The notes beneath the pieces were generated by a model. That model saw nothing but the letters and a program-made list of their open reading frames with translations. It searched no databases and had not been told where the DNA came from. From positions 62,001-126,000 of IMG/VR virus record IMGVR_UViG_3300010885_076238: 64,000 bases of DNA; one strand, written 5' to 3'. The position numbers and the translations under genes were made by a program. Below are positions 8,250 through 17,524 of this stretch, piece after piece (positions within the stretch are counted from its first letter, which is position 1; every line of letters starts with the position of its first letter).

Positions 8250-10502
8250 ATGTTAAAAACCATTGGTAATACTAGCTATAGCTTTTCAGATCCTAAAAGG
8301 AAAGGATTATCTTTCCCGCCTAGAAAGTCTGGAAAAAAGCCTGAACTTTCCACTCCTACATTCTTGAAAAGAATGAAGAAGCCAATAACTGTAAGAGTTT
8401 TTAGGTATTGGCAAGATAAAGCTTTTAATAAATTATTCAATTCAAGGTTTTTCTTGGTGAAAGCATTTTGTGGCAGCGGAAAAACAACTCTTTCTGTTGC
8501 TCTGGCTCTTTATGATGTTATTAAAAATCGTAGGAAGCAAATTTTTATCGTGCCGCAATCGCACATTGGTGATGGCTTTTCAATTAGCGGCAAGTTTTAT
8601 GTTCCAGGTTTAGGAATAGTTAATCTTTGTTCTGCTACAAATTATTGTGAAAATTCACCTAGCAAAGTTCAAATGTTGGCGGATTTCATGACTAGACCTG
8701 CAAGTTTTTCAAATTTCGATCTGGATGAGGAACTTAGGGTTGACGGAACAGAGGGCATGGTCGTTTGTACCCACGCGGCATTCAACGCTGCAATGAAAAA
8801 AGTTATAGCAGATGGAAATTTTGATTTGGCCTGTAAGGACACGGCATTTTATATTGACGAGGCCCATCATGTTAAGGGTGGCGAAACCAAAGAAGATGAC
8901 GAAGAATTTGAAGATTACAATCAATTAGGAAAAGTTTTATATAAAATTATAGCAAGTGCTGAGTCGAACAACTCTAGAGTTGGATTGACAACCGCTACTT
9001 TCTTCAGAGGAGATCAAGGAATCATTGTATCAAGTGACTATTTAGCTAAGTTCGATAGATATGAGCTTGATTTTTTGAGTCATTTTGAAACGCTAGGAAT
9101 TGAGAAGGTATTTATTAATTTTGAAGAATATGAAGATGACCCCATAAATCAAATTGTTGAGAATATTAGAAAAGAAATTCACACCGAGCGTCATTTGCTG
9201 GTTGTTCCTACCATTGTAGGAAAGTGGAGGAAGCATAAAGATCCGAATCTGGAAATTCTTCTTGCTAAAATTAGAAAAATGTTAGTAGAAGAAGGGCTGA
9301 ATCCAGATGAGGCCATTTTGGATTTAGTTCCTGAAAACACGCAAGACAAGAATAAGGCTATTTTACTCAAAGAGCCTAAAGAAAGATATGACGAAGAAAA
9401 TAATTCTAAAATTAGAATTGTAATAACTTGTATGCTTGGCCGCGAAGGAACAGATTGGTGTCCATGTTCTCGCTTGCACAACGCATCAATTGAATTAGGC
9501 TCGCCTACTCTGGCCGTTCAAACTCTGGGCAGATTGTTTAGGGCGTTTGAAGGCAAAGATACTGTGGGAATAACCTACTATATTAAGAAATTCAATAATT
9601 TGAAAAATGCTAGTTCTAAAAGAGAATTTCTAATGGATAGAATCAATGCTATGCTTACTTTGATGATTATTGATGATTTGTTGAACCCGATTATTTTGCC
9701 AGAAATTCCAACTCCTGCCAACAAAAGTAGTCGATCAACTAATTCTTCAAAAAATAAATCAAGCGTAGCAATTAGATTGTCTGATGTTTTTGGCGATAAT
9801 TTTGAAAGTGTGAAAAGGAAAATTTTAGACTCAATATCGATGCAGTCTAATTTTGATGAAAAAACTGTAAATCGCATTATTAATTCTGTAATTGCTGAGT
9901 ATGGTCTTGATAAAGTTGTACAAGTTCAAACTGAAGATGGCATCAAAGAGACTGACATAGACAGTGTTGCTGCTGGTCTTAAACTTTTTCTACTCAGGGC
10001 CAGATCGGAAATACTTAGGTCAAAAAGCATAGACATTAGCGTTATCAGAGAACGCGGCTTTGACAAATTGGTTCAGGAAACCGGTTCAAACGGAAATTTT
10101 TGGTGTGGTGTTTTCGATATGGAAACCCTTATTGAATTTAGGGAATTGATCGGAAAAACTTTTTGGAATAGAGAAGAAAATAACCAGATCAAATCTAATC
10201 TATTGGAAATTCTATCTAAAAATATTGGCAGTGAAATTGATGCGAAAAACAAAAGCCACGAAAGAATTATAAGAAAAAATCTTTTAGACTTTGTGAAATT
10301 TCATGGAGCCTATAATGAGATTTCGGAATCTACTGGGTTGGTAGTTCCGAGTAAAAAAGATGTTGCCGAAAGACTTAGGATTTCAACAACGGAATTAGAT
10401 AAAAAAGTTGATCATTTCAATAAAATAGTTCCGAAAGGATTTGAATTCTTTGAAGAAGGTTCAAAGCTTTCAAATAAGGTAGCAATAGATCACGCAGCGT
10501 GA
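8250..10502 (+). CDS. superfamily 2 (DExH-box, Res-subunit-like) helicase
   Basis: AFCGSGKTT (Walker A), IDEAHH (II), TTAT (III), GREGTDW (V), QTLGRLFR (VI). Confidence 0.88.
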   Translation: MLKTIGNTSYSFSDPKRKGLSFPPRKSGKKPELSTPTFLKRMKKPITVRVFRYWQDKAFNKLFNSRFFLVKAFCGSGKTTLSVALALYDVIKNRRKQIFIVPQSHIGDGFSISGKFYVPGLGIVNLCSATNYCENSPSKVQMLADFMTRPASFSNFDLDEELRVDGTEGMVVCTHAAFNAAMKKVIADGNFDLACKDTAFYIDEAHHVKGGETKEDDEEFEDYNQLGKVLYKIIASAESNNSRVGLTTATFFRGDQGIIVSSDYLAKFDRYELDFLSHFETLGIEKVFINFEEYEDDPINQIVENIRKEIHTERHLLVVPTIVGKWRKHKDPNLEILLAKIRKMLVEEGLNPDEAILDLVPENTQDKNKAILLKEPKERYDEENNSKIRIVITCMLGREGTDWCPCSRLHNASIELGSPTLAVQTLGRLFRAFEGKDTVGITYYIKKFNNLKNASSKREFLMDRINAMLTLMIIDDLLNPIILPEIPTPANKSSRSTNSSKNKSSVAIRLSDVFGDNFESVKRKILDSISMQSNFDEKTVNRIINSVIAEYGLDKVVQVQTEDGIKETDIDSVAAGLKLFLLRARSEILRSKSIDISVIRERGFDKLVQETGSNGNFWCGVFDMETLIEFRELIGKTFWNREENNQIKSNLLEILSKNIGSEIDAKNKSHERIIRKNLLDFVKFHGAYNEISESTGLVVPSKKDVAERLRISTTELDKKVDHFNKIVPKGFEFFEEGSKLSNKVAIDHAA

Positions 10503-10509
10503 GGTCAAA

Positions 10510-11133
10510 ATGATATCTAGCATAAATACAAGCTATGATTCTTTATGCAGATTGTTTGATTTTAGTAACGGCAAAATTTCAAGTAATAAAAAATTATTAC
10601 TTAGTCTTGCAAGAAGAGGGAAGCCTAAGCCAAGTTACAAAACAAGCTTGTATGTTTACTTATGCAGTTGCACAAATAAGAATAATTGTCTTTACGACGA
10701 TGTTTTTAGCGAAAGCATTAGACAAATTAGACCAGACTGGTTTGTAAGAAGACAAGAAACAACAAGGAAGAAAAAAGAAAATCTAATAAAAATTGCAAAA
10801 AAGATGATGCCTAGACCTAATCATTCTGATGCCTCTTATAGAGATCTTTTTTCTTATACTAATAAAAATAGCAATGTTTATGACGAAGATTTTGATTCTA
10901 TTATCAGGAAACTCAGACCAGATTGGTTTTTTACTAGAACTCACTTATCGGAAATAAAGAAACAAAACATACTAAAATTAGCAAAAGAAAGAAAGCCTAA
11001 GCCTAGTAGAAATCATGTTCTTGGAATAGCAATCAAAAATTATACAAACAAAAGCAGCCCAGCCTATGATTCTAACTTTGAAGTTGAGTTAAAAAAACTC
11101 AGACCAGATTGGTTTAAAAATTCGGTAAAATAA
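10510..11133 (+). CDS. three-repeat protein (helicase-associated HA-like units)
   Basis: Three ~60-aa units ending TNKxxxxYDxxFxxxxxxxRPDWF; N-terminal YDSLCRLFDFS. Confidence 0.65.
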   Translation: MISSINTSYDSLCRLFDFSNGKISSNKKLLLSLARRGKPKPSYKTSLYVYLCSCTNKNNCLYDDVFSESIRQIRPDWFVRRQETTRKKKENLIKIAKKMMPRPNHSDASYRDLFSYTNKNSNVYDEDFDSIIRKLRPDWFFTRTHLSEIKKQNILKLAKERKPKPSRNHVLGIAIKNYTNKSSPAYDSNFEVELKKLRPDWFKNSVK

Positions 11134-11153
11134 TTTCTTGATCAATGCGTTAT
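11129..11153 (+). promoter_or_regulatory. phage promoter motif AATAAT-N13-CGTTAT
   Basis: Exact consensus, then AAGGAG and ATG 11173. Confidence 0.7.
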
Positions 11154-11172
11154 AGAAACAAGGAGAAATCCA

Positions 11173-12729
11173 ATGATAAACGATATTAGTTCAAATTACG
11201 AAGCTCTTTGCAAGTTATTTGACTTCACTAAAAAGAGCCGTGCAAGCGGCGTTAAAAAGACTCGCATTATTGTAAAACAAAAACTTTCCTATGAAGATTG
11301 CAAAAAAGAAGTTATTAGTTTGGGAATTGAAGGTGAAAAACAATATAGAAAAAAGAGAAATGAATTAAAAAAACATAATTGGCCTGCTTTGCCGTATGTT
11401 TTTTATAAAGAGTGGATAGATTGGGATAACTTTTGTGGAACTAAAAAAATAGAAATATTAAATTGGAATGATTTCTTATCCAGCTTCAGAGAAGAATGTC
11501 GCAATAATAAAATAAACAGTCGCAATTATCGTGAATTTAGGAAAGAAAATTGGCCTAAAGACCCACGTTCGTATTATCGTGAATGGTCAGGATGGGATTA
11601 TTTATGTGGCGGCGTTGTAGTTGAGCCATATCGTTGCAAAGACATTTCTTTTGAAGATCTAAAAGAAGAAGTAAAGAATTGTAATGTCACTTCTTTCCCA
11701 GAATATAGAAAATGCTATAAAAATCACAATTGGCCTGCTTCTCCTCGTTCTATGTACGAGAACGAATGGGTTTCTTTCAATCATTTTTTCGGAAAAGAAA
11801 AGAAATTTTTGTCTTATGAAGATTTAGTAGTAGAAGTTAGAAAAGCTGAGATCAGTAGTATGACTCAGTATCACGAATACAGAATAAAAAATAATAAAAA
11901 ATCATGGAACTCTACTCCTCATAAATTTGCAGAGTGGACTAATAATTTTGATTTCTTCGGAAAAGATAAAGATCATTGGGCTAAAAAAGGTATTTCTTCT
12001 TATAAAGATGCAAAGACTCTTGAGCAGCTTGTCAAGGAGATTAGAGACAATGGGGTAAAAACCAGAAAAGAGTATAGGAAAAATTGTAAAAAATTAGGAT
12101 GGCCTGCTAATCCCGATGATGCCTACAAGGATTGTTGGAAGGGATGGGATTTCCTATTTAGCAGGGAAGAAAAAGTTGAATTGTCTTGGAACGAATTTGT
12201 CGCACAAGTTAGAGACGCAAAAATCAAGGGATTTTGGGACTATAGAAATAGATATAAAAACTATAAAGGCTGGGTCTCTCATCCTATGAAAAAATACGCT
12301 GAAGATTGGACAACTTGGATGGACTTGCTTGGCGAGCATTTTTCTAAAAAAAACTCAGAAAACGAACATAAAAACAAAATTTCTTGGGAAGAACTCAAGA
12401 GACAAGTTAGAGCCGTAGAAATAGAAACGCAACTAGAATACAGAACGAGATATAAAGAGTATGGATGGACTTCAAGCCCAGAAAAAAGCTATCCAGATAA
12501 CTGGAATGGCTGGGATGATTTTATTGGAAAAAGACAAATTACTTTTTCTCAACTGAAAGAAGAAGTCAAATTAAATAATATAAAAGGACAGGTAGAATAT
12601 AGAAAAAGACACAAAGAATTTGATGGCTGGCCTTCTGCTCCTGAACGTGTTTTTGAAAATGAATGGAAAGATTGGTTTGACTTTTTGAGCAAGCCAAGAG
12701 ATAAGTATCACCAAGAGGCTCAAAGATGA
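11173..12729 (+). CDS. 'integrase-repeat'-type tandem repeat protein (no integrase domain)
   Basis: About 9 units of ExxxxVxxxxIxSxxEY...WPxxPxxxYxxxWxGWxxF; N-terminal YEALCKLFDFT. Confidence 0.75.
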   Translation: MINDISSNYEALCKLFDFTKKSRASGVKKTRIIVKQKLSYEDCKKEVISLGIEGEKQYRKKRNELKKHNWPALPYVFYKEWIDWDNFCGTKKIEILNWNDFLSSFREECRNNKINSRNYREFRKENWPKDPRSYYREWSGWDYLCGGVVVEPYRCKDISFEDLKEEVKNCNVTSFPEYRKCYKNHNWPASPRSMYENEWVSFNHFFGKEKKFLSYEDLVVEVRKAEISSMTQYHEYRIKNNKKSWNSTPHKFAEWTNNFDFFGKDKDHWAKKGISSYKDAKTLEQLVKEIRDNGVKTRKEYRKNCKKLGWPANPDDAYKDCWKGWDFLFSREEKVELSWNEFVAQVRDAKIKGFWDYRNRYKNYKGWVSHPMKKYAEDWTTWMDLLGEHFSKKNSENEHKNKISWEELKRQVRAVEIETQLEYRTRYKEYGWTSSPEKSYPDNWNGWDDFIGKRQITFSQLKEEVKLNNIKGQVEYRKRHKEFDGWPSAPERVFENEWKDWFDFLSKPRDKYHQEAQR

Positions 12730-13796
12730 TAAACAATATTAGTTCAAATTATAAAGCTCTTTGCGAACTGTTTAATTTCAGCAAAAAAAGCTATAGTCGC
12801 CCGAAGAGCCGAAGACTCCGCGTAGTGGAATTTTTATTATTTGAAGAATGCAAAAAAGAAGTTAGACAACAAGGGATAAAAAGTTCGACTGAATACAAAA
12901 AGCTCTATGCTAAAAGAAGCTGGCCGTCTGATCCTACGAAATACTATAAAGAACAATGGAAAGGTTGGCATGACTTTTTGGATAAAGAATGTTTGATTTC
13001 TTTTGAAGAACTTAAAAAAGAGGTTGCTTTAAAAGACATCCAGTCTTCTAGTCAATATCAAAAAACTTTCAAAAGTAACAAATGGCCTCGTCAACCATTT
13101 GTTACTTTTGAAAAAGATTGGAAAGGCTGGGATGATTTTTTTGGTAGAGCCAAAAAACTTTCATACGAAGAAATTAAAAAACAATTGAGATTAAAGGGTG
13201 TTATTTCTATGCCCCAATACAAAAAAGTATATAAAAATAATGGATGGCCCTCCAATCCAAACTCGTTTTATAAAAAAGAATGGAAAGGTTGTTATGATTT
13301 TTTCAATACGAAGAAGCCAAAATTTATTTCGTTTGCACAACTAAAAAAAATATTAAAATTTGAGCATGTTGATTCTTGGATTAAGTATAATAAAATATAT
13401 AAAAAAAGAAATTGGCCATCATCTCCGCGAGATTCTTATAAAAGAGAATGGAAAGGAGGGCATGACTTTTTTGGAAATACAGAGCCGACAAAGTTTCCTT
13501 CTTTCGAAGAAATAAAAAAAGAAATGAAAAAAGAAAAAATTAAATTTTGGAGTCAATATAAAAAACTATACAAAGAAAAGGGCTGGCCTTCTAGGCCACA
13601 AGATTATTACAAAGAGTGGAAAAATTGGCGTGGAAAAAAATTTCCTTCTTTTAACGAGTTTAAAGAAAAAATAAAAATAGAGGGCATTGAAATTTTTTCG
13701 AATCAATATAAAAAATTATACAAAAAAAGAGGATGGCCTTCTAACCCAAATAAATTTTATGAAAAAGAGTGGAAGAAAGGTTTGTTTAAAAAATGA
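12726..13796 (+). CDS. 'integrase-repeat'-type tandem repeat protein
   Basis: Six units with WPSxPxxxYKxxWKG; N-terminal YKALCELFNFS; ATGA overlap with previous gene. Confidence 0.75.
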   Translation: MINNISSNYKALCELFNFSKKSYSRPKSRRLRVVEFLLFEECKKEVRQQGIKSSTEYKKLYAKRSWPSDPTKYYKEQWKGWHDFLDKECLISFEELKKEVALKDIQSSSQYQKTFKSNKWPRQPFVTFEKDWKGWDDFFGRAKKLSYEEIKKQLRLKGVISMPQYKKVYKNNGWPSNPNSFYKKEWKGCYDFFNTKKPKFISFAQLKKILKFEHVDSWIKYNKIYKKRNWPSSPRDSYKREWKGGHDFFGNTEPTKFPSFEEIKKEMKKEKIKFWSQYKKLYKEKGWPSRPQDYYKEWKNWRGKKFPSFNEFKEKIKIEGIEIFSNQYKKLYKKRGWPSNPNKFYEKEWKKGLFKK

Positions 13797-13838
13797 ACTC
13801 GTCTTTACCAATAAATTAACTTGACCTACAATGATAGC

Positions 13839-14438
13839 ATGAACATAAAGAACGAACAGTTTTTGAAGCTAATCGATCAATACCCAGATGTTGCTTTTAG
13901 CTATTGTTCAGTAGCAAACAGATTCGCAGATAAAATTAATAAAAAAATATTTGATTCTGCTGAGTCGGTTTTGTTGCGTGATCCAAAGTATTGCTATAGG
14001 TACGCAGACGAAGTTATAAGAGGAAGATGGAAAAAAGCAGAAAACACTTTGTCTAAAGATATCGATTTTGCTTATAATTATGCTAAAAATATCTTAAAAA
14101 AAAGATTTTTATTGGCTGAAAATTTAATTTCTCAAGACCCTGAATATTCTTTATATTATGCTGAATTTGTTGTTAAAAAAAGATGGATGAAGGGCGAACA
14201 AGCAATATCAAGTAACCCAGCTTTCGCATATAAATATGCAGAATTTATAAAAAAAAGATTCTACAAAGGAGAAGAAGCAATAGGAGATAGTCCTGAATAT
14301 TCGTTTTATTATGCACAAAATATTATTCACGGAAAGTTGCCAGTAAAAATGCACTCAAAAATGATTGCGTATGCTTTGGATAATCCAAAAAATGAATTTA
14401 TTAATAAGTATTTTCAATTAATAAAATCTTCTGCTTGA
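13839..14438 (+). CDS. 26-aa helical-repeat protein, LP-HN-M family
   Basis: YAxxVIxGRWxxAE units; GKLPVKMHSKMIAYA. Confidence 0.8.
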   Translation: MNIKNEQFLKLIDQYPDVAFSYCSVANRFADKINKKIFDSAESVLLRDPKYCYRYADEVIRGRWKKAENTLSKDIDFAYNYAKNILKKRFLLAENLISQDPEYSLYYAEFVVKKRWMKGEQAISSNPAFAYKYAEFIKKRFYKGEEAIGDSPEYSFYYAQNIIHGKLPVKMHSKMIAYALDNPKNEFINKYFQLIKSSA

Positions 14439-14462
14439 CTTGTGATAACTGTAGGATACAAT
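14435..14462 (+). promoter_or_regulatory. sigma70-like promoter
   Basis: TTGACT-N16-TACAAT upstream of the HTH gene at 14481. Confidence 0.5.
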
Positions 14463-14480
14463 CAAATTTGACACAGCAAA

Positions 14481-15206
14481 ATGAGAAGAAATATGAACGA
14501 AATCAAAAAAACAATCAACACAGCAAAAATTATCGTCATCGCAGAAGAATTAAAAAGAAATAATAAGGACATTTCTATCTACGCAATCAAAGAAATTGCC
14601 AAGCAAAAAAATATAGAAATGGAAATGAATTATGCTACTATTACAAAAACTCTAAAAGAGAAAGGGTACGAATTTGTAAAAGTTTTTGATAAAAATAAGT
14701 TTTCTCAAAGAAGAATTGAAATGGCCCAGCTAACCAGATTGGGCTGGACTTTGCAAATGATTGCTGATAAATATGGAATAACGAGACAAGGCGTTTCTTT
14801 ATTGCTTAAGAAAGCAGCTTTGGATGACAATCAAGTTGTTGTAAAAAGCAGGACAGTTAAGAGTAACCTTGTTGAAAAGAATGTTGTTTTTGTTAAGAGA
14901 AGCAAAAAAGAATCTTGCATTTGTCAAACTTGTGGAAAACAGTTTTTTTCAAAAAACAAGAAAAGGAAAAACTGTAGCAAGGTGTGTTTGAAAAAGTCAA
15001 TCGAAAAAAGAACTGGCGGCGAGTGGAGTCGAATTGAAAAAGTTGATTTAGTTTGCAGTTTTTGTAGCAAACCTTTTCAAAGATCAAAGTATTTGCATAA
15101 AATTGTAACGCGATCAAAAGGCAACTCAGACAAAAATTATTGTAGCAGAGAATGTTACCACAGTAAAAATCGAACCGTCCCAGTGCAGGGAGTTTTGGTT
15201 TCTTGA
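14481..15206 (+). CDS. HTH + zinc-finger DNA-binding protein
   Basis: TLQMIADKYGITRQGVSLLL helix-turn-helix; CxxC...CSKVC and CxxC...CSREC. Confidence 0.7.
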   Translation: MRRNMNEIKKTINTAKIIVIAEELKRNNKDISIYAIKEIAKQKNIEMEMNYATITKTLKEKGYEFVKVFDKNKFSQRRIEMAQLTRLGWTLQMIADKYGITRQGVSLLLKKAALDDNQVVVKSRTVKSNLVEKNVVFVKRSKKESCICQTCGKQFFSKNKKRKNCSKVCLKKSIEKRTGGEWSRIEKVDLVCSFCSKPFQRSKYLHKIVTRSKGNSDKNYCSRECYHSKNRTVPVQGVLVS

Positions 15207-15232
15207 AACTAAAATGCACTTTTTAGTTTCAA
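15203..15232. repeat. perfect 12-bp inverted repeat (operator or hairpin)
   Basis: TTGAAACTAAAA-tgcact-TTTTAGTTTCAA. Confidence 0.8.
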
Positions 15233-15251
15233 CTCTAAGGAGAGAGATAGA

Positions 15252-15629
15252 ATGAGAATTTTACTCGTTTGTTTAGTGGTTGGATTGTTTTGTTCTGACG
15301 CTCATGCAAAGCCCAGAAAAACTTATAATTATTCGACACCAACGTATTCGAATAATTATTCTATTCCTAACGCCAAAACTTCAACTTATACTTCATTAGT
15401 TGAAAATGGCGGATCCGATCAGGCCAGATGCCAAGCAGAAGCAGATCATATGGCTGCAAATAATATTACGGGCCATGTATGGAGCTGTATCGGTAGATTT
15501 GAAGGGGTTGGCTATGGGTCATCTCCTAATTGCAAAACTTGCACCCCTAGCAGTAGCATGACTCCAACCGGAGATGCCTCTGCTCAGGGCAGAAATGGTA
15601 TGTGGTACAGAGTTCGTTCGTGGAGATAA
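15252..15629 (+). CDS. secreted minimal CAP/SCP-like protein
   Basis: Signal peptide MRILLVCLVVGLFCSDAHA; AxHMA...GH...EGVG...G(x)nWY pattern. Confidence 0.55.
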   Translation: MRILLVCLVVGLFCSDAHAKPRKTYNYSTPTYSNNYSIPNAKTSTYTSLVENGGSDQARCQAEADHMAANNITGHVWSCIGRFEGVGYGSSPNCKTCTPSSSMTPTGDASAQGRNGMWYRVRSWR

Positions 15630-15637
15630 GTTCTTAA

Positions 15638-15687
15638 AAAAGCCCCCTGTCTATGATTTTTCATAGACAGGGGGCTTTTATTTTTTT
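15638..15687 (+). terminator. intrinsic terminator, probably bidirectional
   Basis: Perfect 19-bp stem AAAAGCCCCCTGTCTATGA / TCATAGACAGGGGGCTTTT, TTTT loop, T-run downstream and A-run upstream. Confidence 0.9.
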
Positions 15688-15728
15688 AATTTGTCACTAT
15701 ATAATTCTTCACAAGGAGTTAATTTATT

Positions 15729-16388
15729 TTGGCAAATCAAATCTCTTTTTTTACATCTTTCAACCCAAAAAATTACGGAAATCAATATAAAACTTGGGCT
15801 AGTTATGCTTATAAAACTTACGCCATCCAAGATCCTAAAGATACAAAGATAGATGTTGACTGTAGCATAATACTAAACAAAGCTAATGAAATAGAAAACA
15901 AGAGATTGCACAAAATTTCTGATATAATTAAAATAGCTAGGCTTTTAGAAGAAAATGAAAAATTTGTACTGTTAAATAGTGATATTGAATTAAACTTTCA
16001 AGATGAAACTTGGAGCAATATTTGTGAAATGGCAAATGAAGGTATGGTTGTCGGCTACAGATCAGATTACAAATTAGATCGTAAAAAAAATAAAAAATAT
16101 ATTTATGGTTTAGATTTTTTTGTCATAAATAAAAAAATACAGGTCGCAGACGCTCCATTCGTTATGGGTTCTTGCGGTTGGGACTGGTGGATGGTTTACT
16201 TGTGTATGTCTCAAGACATACCTGTTTATTCCATAAAAGGGGAAGGCAATATATATCATAAGATGCACGAAAGAAACTGGACAGATGAGATGTTATTAGA
16301 ATCTCAAAAGTGGTTTCAAGAAACCGCCAACTTAGATAAAAATTCAATAAAAATAAATTTAGTTAATTATATTGAGAATATAGTATAA
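15729..16388 (+). CDS. glycosyltransferase-like (GT-A) protein
   Basis: LLNSDI (DxD-like), GLDFFV, GxxGWDWW, YHKMH; TTG start with AAGGAG. Confidence 0.45.
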   Translation: MANQISFFTSFNPKNYGNQYKTWASYAYKTYAIQDPKDTKIDVDCSIILNKANEIENKRLHKISDIIKIARLLEENEKFVLLNSDIELNFQDETWSNICEMANEGMVVGYRSDYKLDRKKNKKYIYGLDFFVINKKIQVADAPFVMGSCGWDWWMVYLCMSQDIPVYSIKGEGNIYHKMHERNWTDEMLLESQKWFQETANLDKNSIKINLVNYIENIV

Positions 16389-16548
16389 TCCTTGACTTAG
16401 TTATTTTCTTCCTTGTCTTGATTCTGATATTGTTCTCTCTTCTTTAATTCTTCTTCTGAAAAGGGTGTCCAACCCCTAATGTTTCCCTGCGGCCCATTAG
16501 TGCGCCAGTGAATAACTCCATTAATAATTGATTCTTCGTAGTTCATGA

Positions 16549-16944
16549 TCAGTAGGGACATCTTTTAGCGTCAAAATTTTCGCAAGCCTTATGGTATCCG
16601 TCTGCATAGCCTTTAGTAATAATTTCCTCGTATTTTGCTTCATCTTCTTCTGAAATTTCTTTTGATACTGTATAGCTGAAAATTTTTTCATCGTCATTTT
16701 TAATACCCATTTGTTTTTGGAAATTTCTTCTGCCTCGCTGGTAGGCAGTAATATAAATTTTTTCTTCAACGGGAATTTCTTCGACAGGAATTTCTTCAAC
16801 GGGAATTTCTTCGATTTGTACGTTTTTTGACGTTGCAACATCTTGTTGCACAATTTTTTTATTACTTTGACCTAATAAAAAGTATCCGCTCAAAATTACA
16901 AAAAAACAACCAAAAATAACGATAAATCCTTTTATTTTTTTCAT
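16549..16944 (-). CDS. membrane-anchored protein with EEIPV tandem repeats
   Basis: N-terminal TM helix; three 15-nt repeats encoding EEIPV; GYADGY motif. Confidence 0.7.
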   Translation of the reverse strand: MKKIKGFIVIFGCFFVILSGYFLLGQSNKKIVQQDVATSKNVQIEEIPVEEIPVEEIPVEEKIYITAYQRGRRNFQKQMGIKNDDEKIFSYTVSKEISEEDEAKYEEIITKGYADGYHKACENFDAKRCPY

Positions 16945-17098
16945 TTAAATTTCCCTAAAAAATAGAGCGGAGTTCAGTGTGCAGGCATGAATATACACTT
17001 ATCTTTTAGGTTTTTCAACAGCGATGTGAGCACATAAAATAATATTTTGCTCAAGACGTTGTGCATTTATCCGAAGACACCCAACAAAGGAAAAAACA

Positions 17099-17524
17099 AT
17101 GGAAATCGAACCACCAGACCCCTCTATCATGCTCAATAGTTTTCTTTGCATTCAAAAAGAAATTTTCGTAAATATTTGTGCTCATTTTAGCAAAAATGTT
17201 TGCACCAGTAATCAGGGAGTTTACAAGAGAGCTTTAGACTTCAGCACCGACTTCAATAATTGTGAGCCGTTTGATTTTCAAAGCTTGATGATCAGTGACG
17301 AAAATTTCCCTTTGTTTTGCAATTTTATGTTCGATTTCATAAACTACATTAGGAAGATTGACCAAAACCTCTATAATGAGAGTCTTGGATTCGCCAGAGA
17401 ACAAATGAAATTTCCCTCCATGCCTACTCTGGACATGGCTATTGTAGGTTGTGGAAATTCCATTACTATGTTCTTGGACATGAGAGAAAATGGGCTTTTG
17501 CCAAAAAAAGAGGATTTTGAATGA
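17099..17524 (+). CDS. hypothetical protein
   Basis: AAAGGA RBS; variant promoter AATAAT-N13-CGTTGT at 17038-17062. Confidence 0.7.
   Translation: MEIEPPDPSIMLNSFLCIQKEIFVNICAHFSKNVCTSNQGVYKRALDFSTDFNNCEPFDFQSLMISDENFPLFCNFMFDFINYIRKIDQNLYNESLGFAREQMKFPSMPTLDMAIVGCGNSITMFLDMRENGLLPKKEDFE

Noticed and set aside
10490-10515. Read-through or frameshift fusing the helicase to the 10510 repeat protein
   Set aside because: The 7-nt gap is out of frame, there is no slippery heptamer, and GAGGT overlapping the stop acts as an SD for independent initiation.
11173-13796. Integrase or mobile element suggested by integrase-type repeats
   Set aside because: Only the repeat units are present; no tyrosine-recombinase R-H-R-H-Y or serine-recombinase catalytic domain, and no att sites or terminal repeats seen.
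16756-16813. 15-nt tandem repeat as a regulatory or CRISPR element
   Set aside because: It simply encodes EEIPV x3 in a linker of the minus-strand membrane protein.
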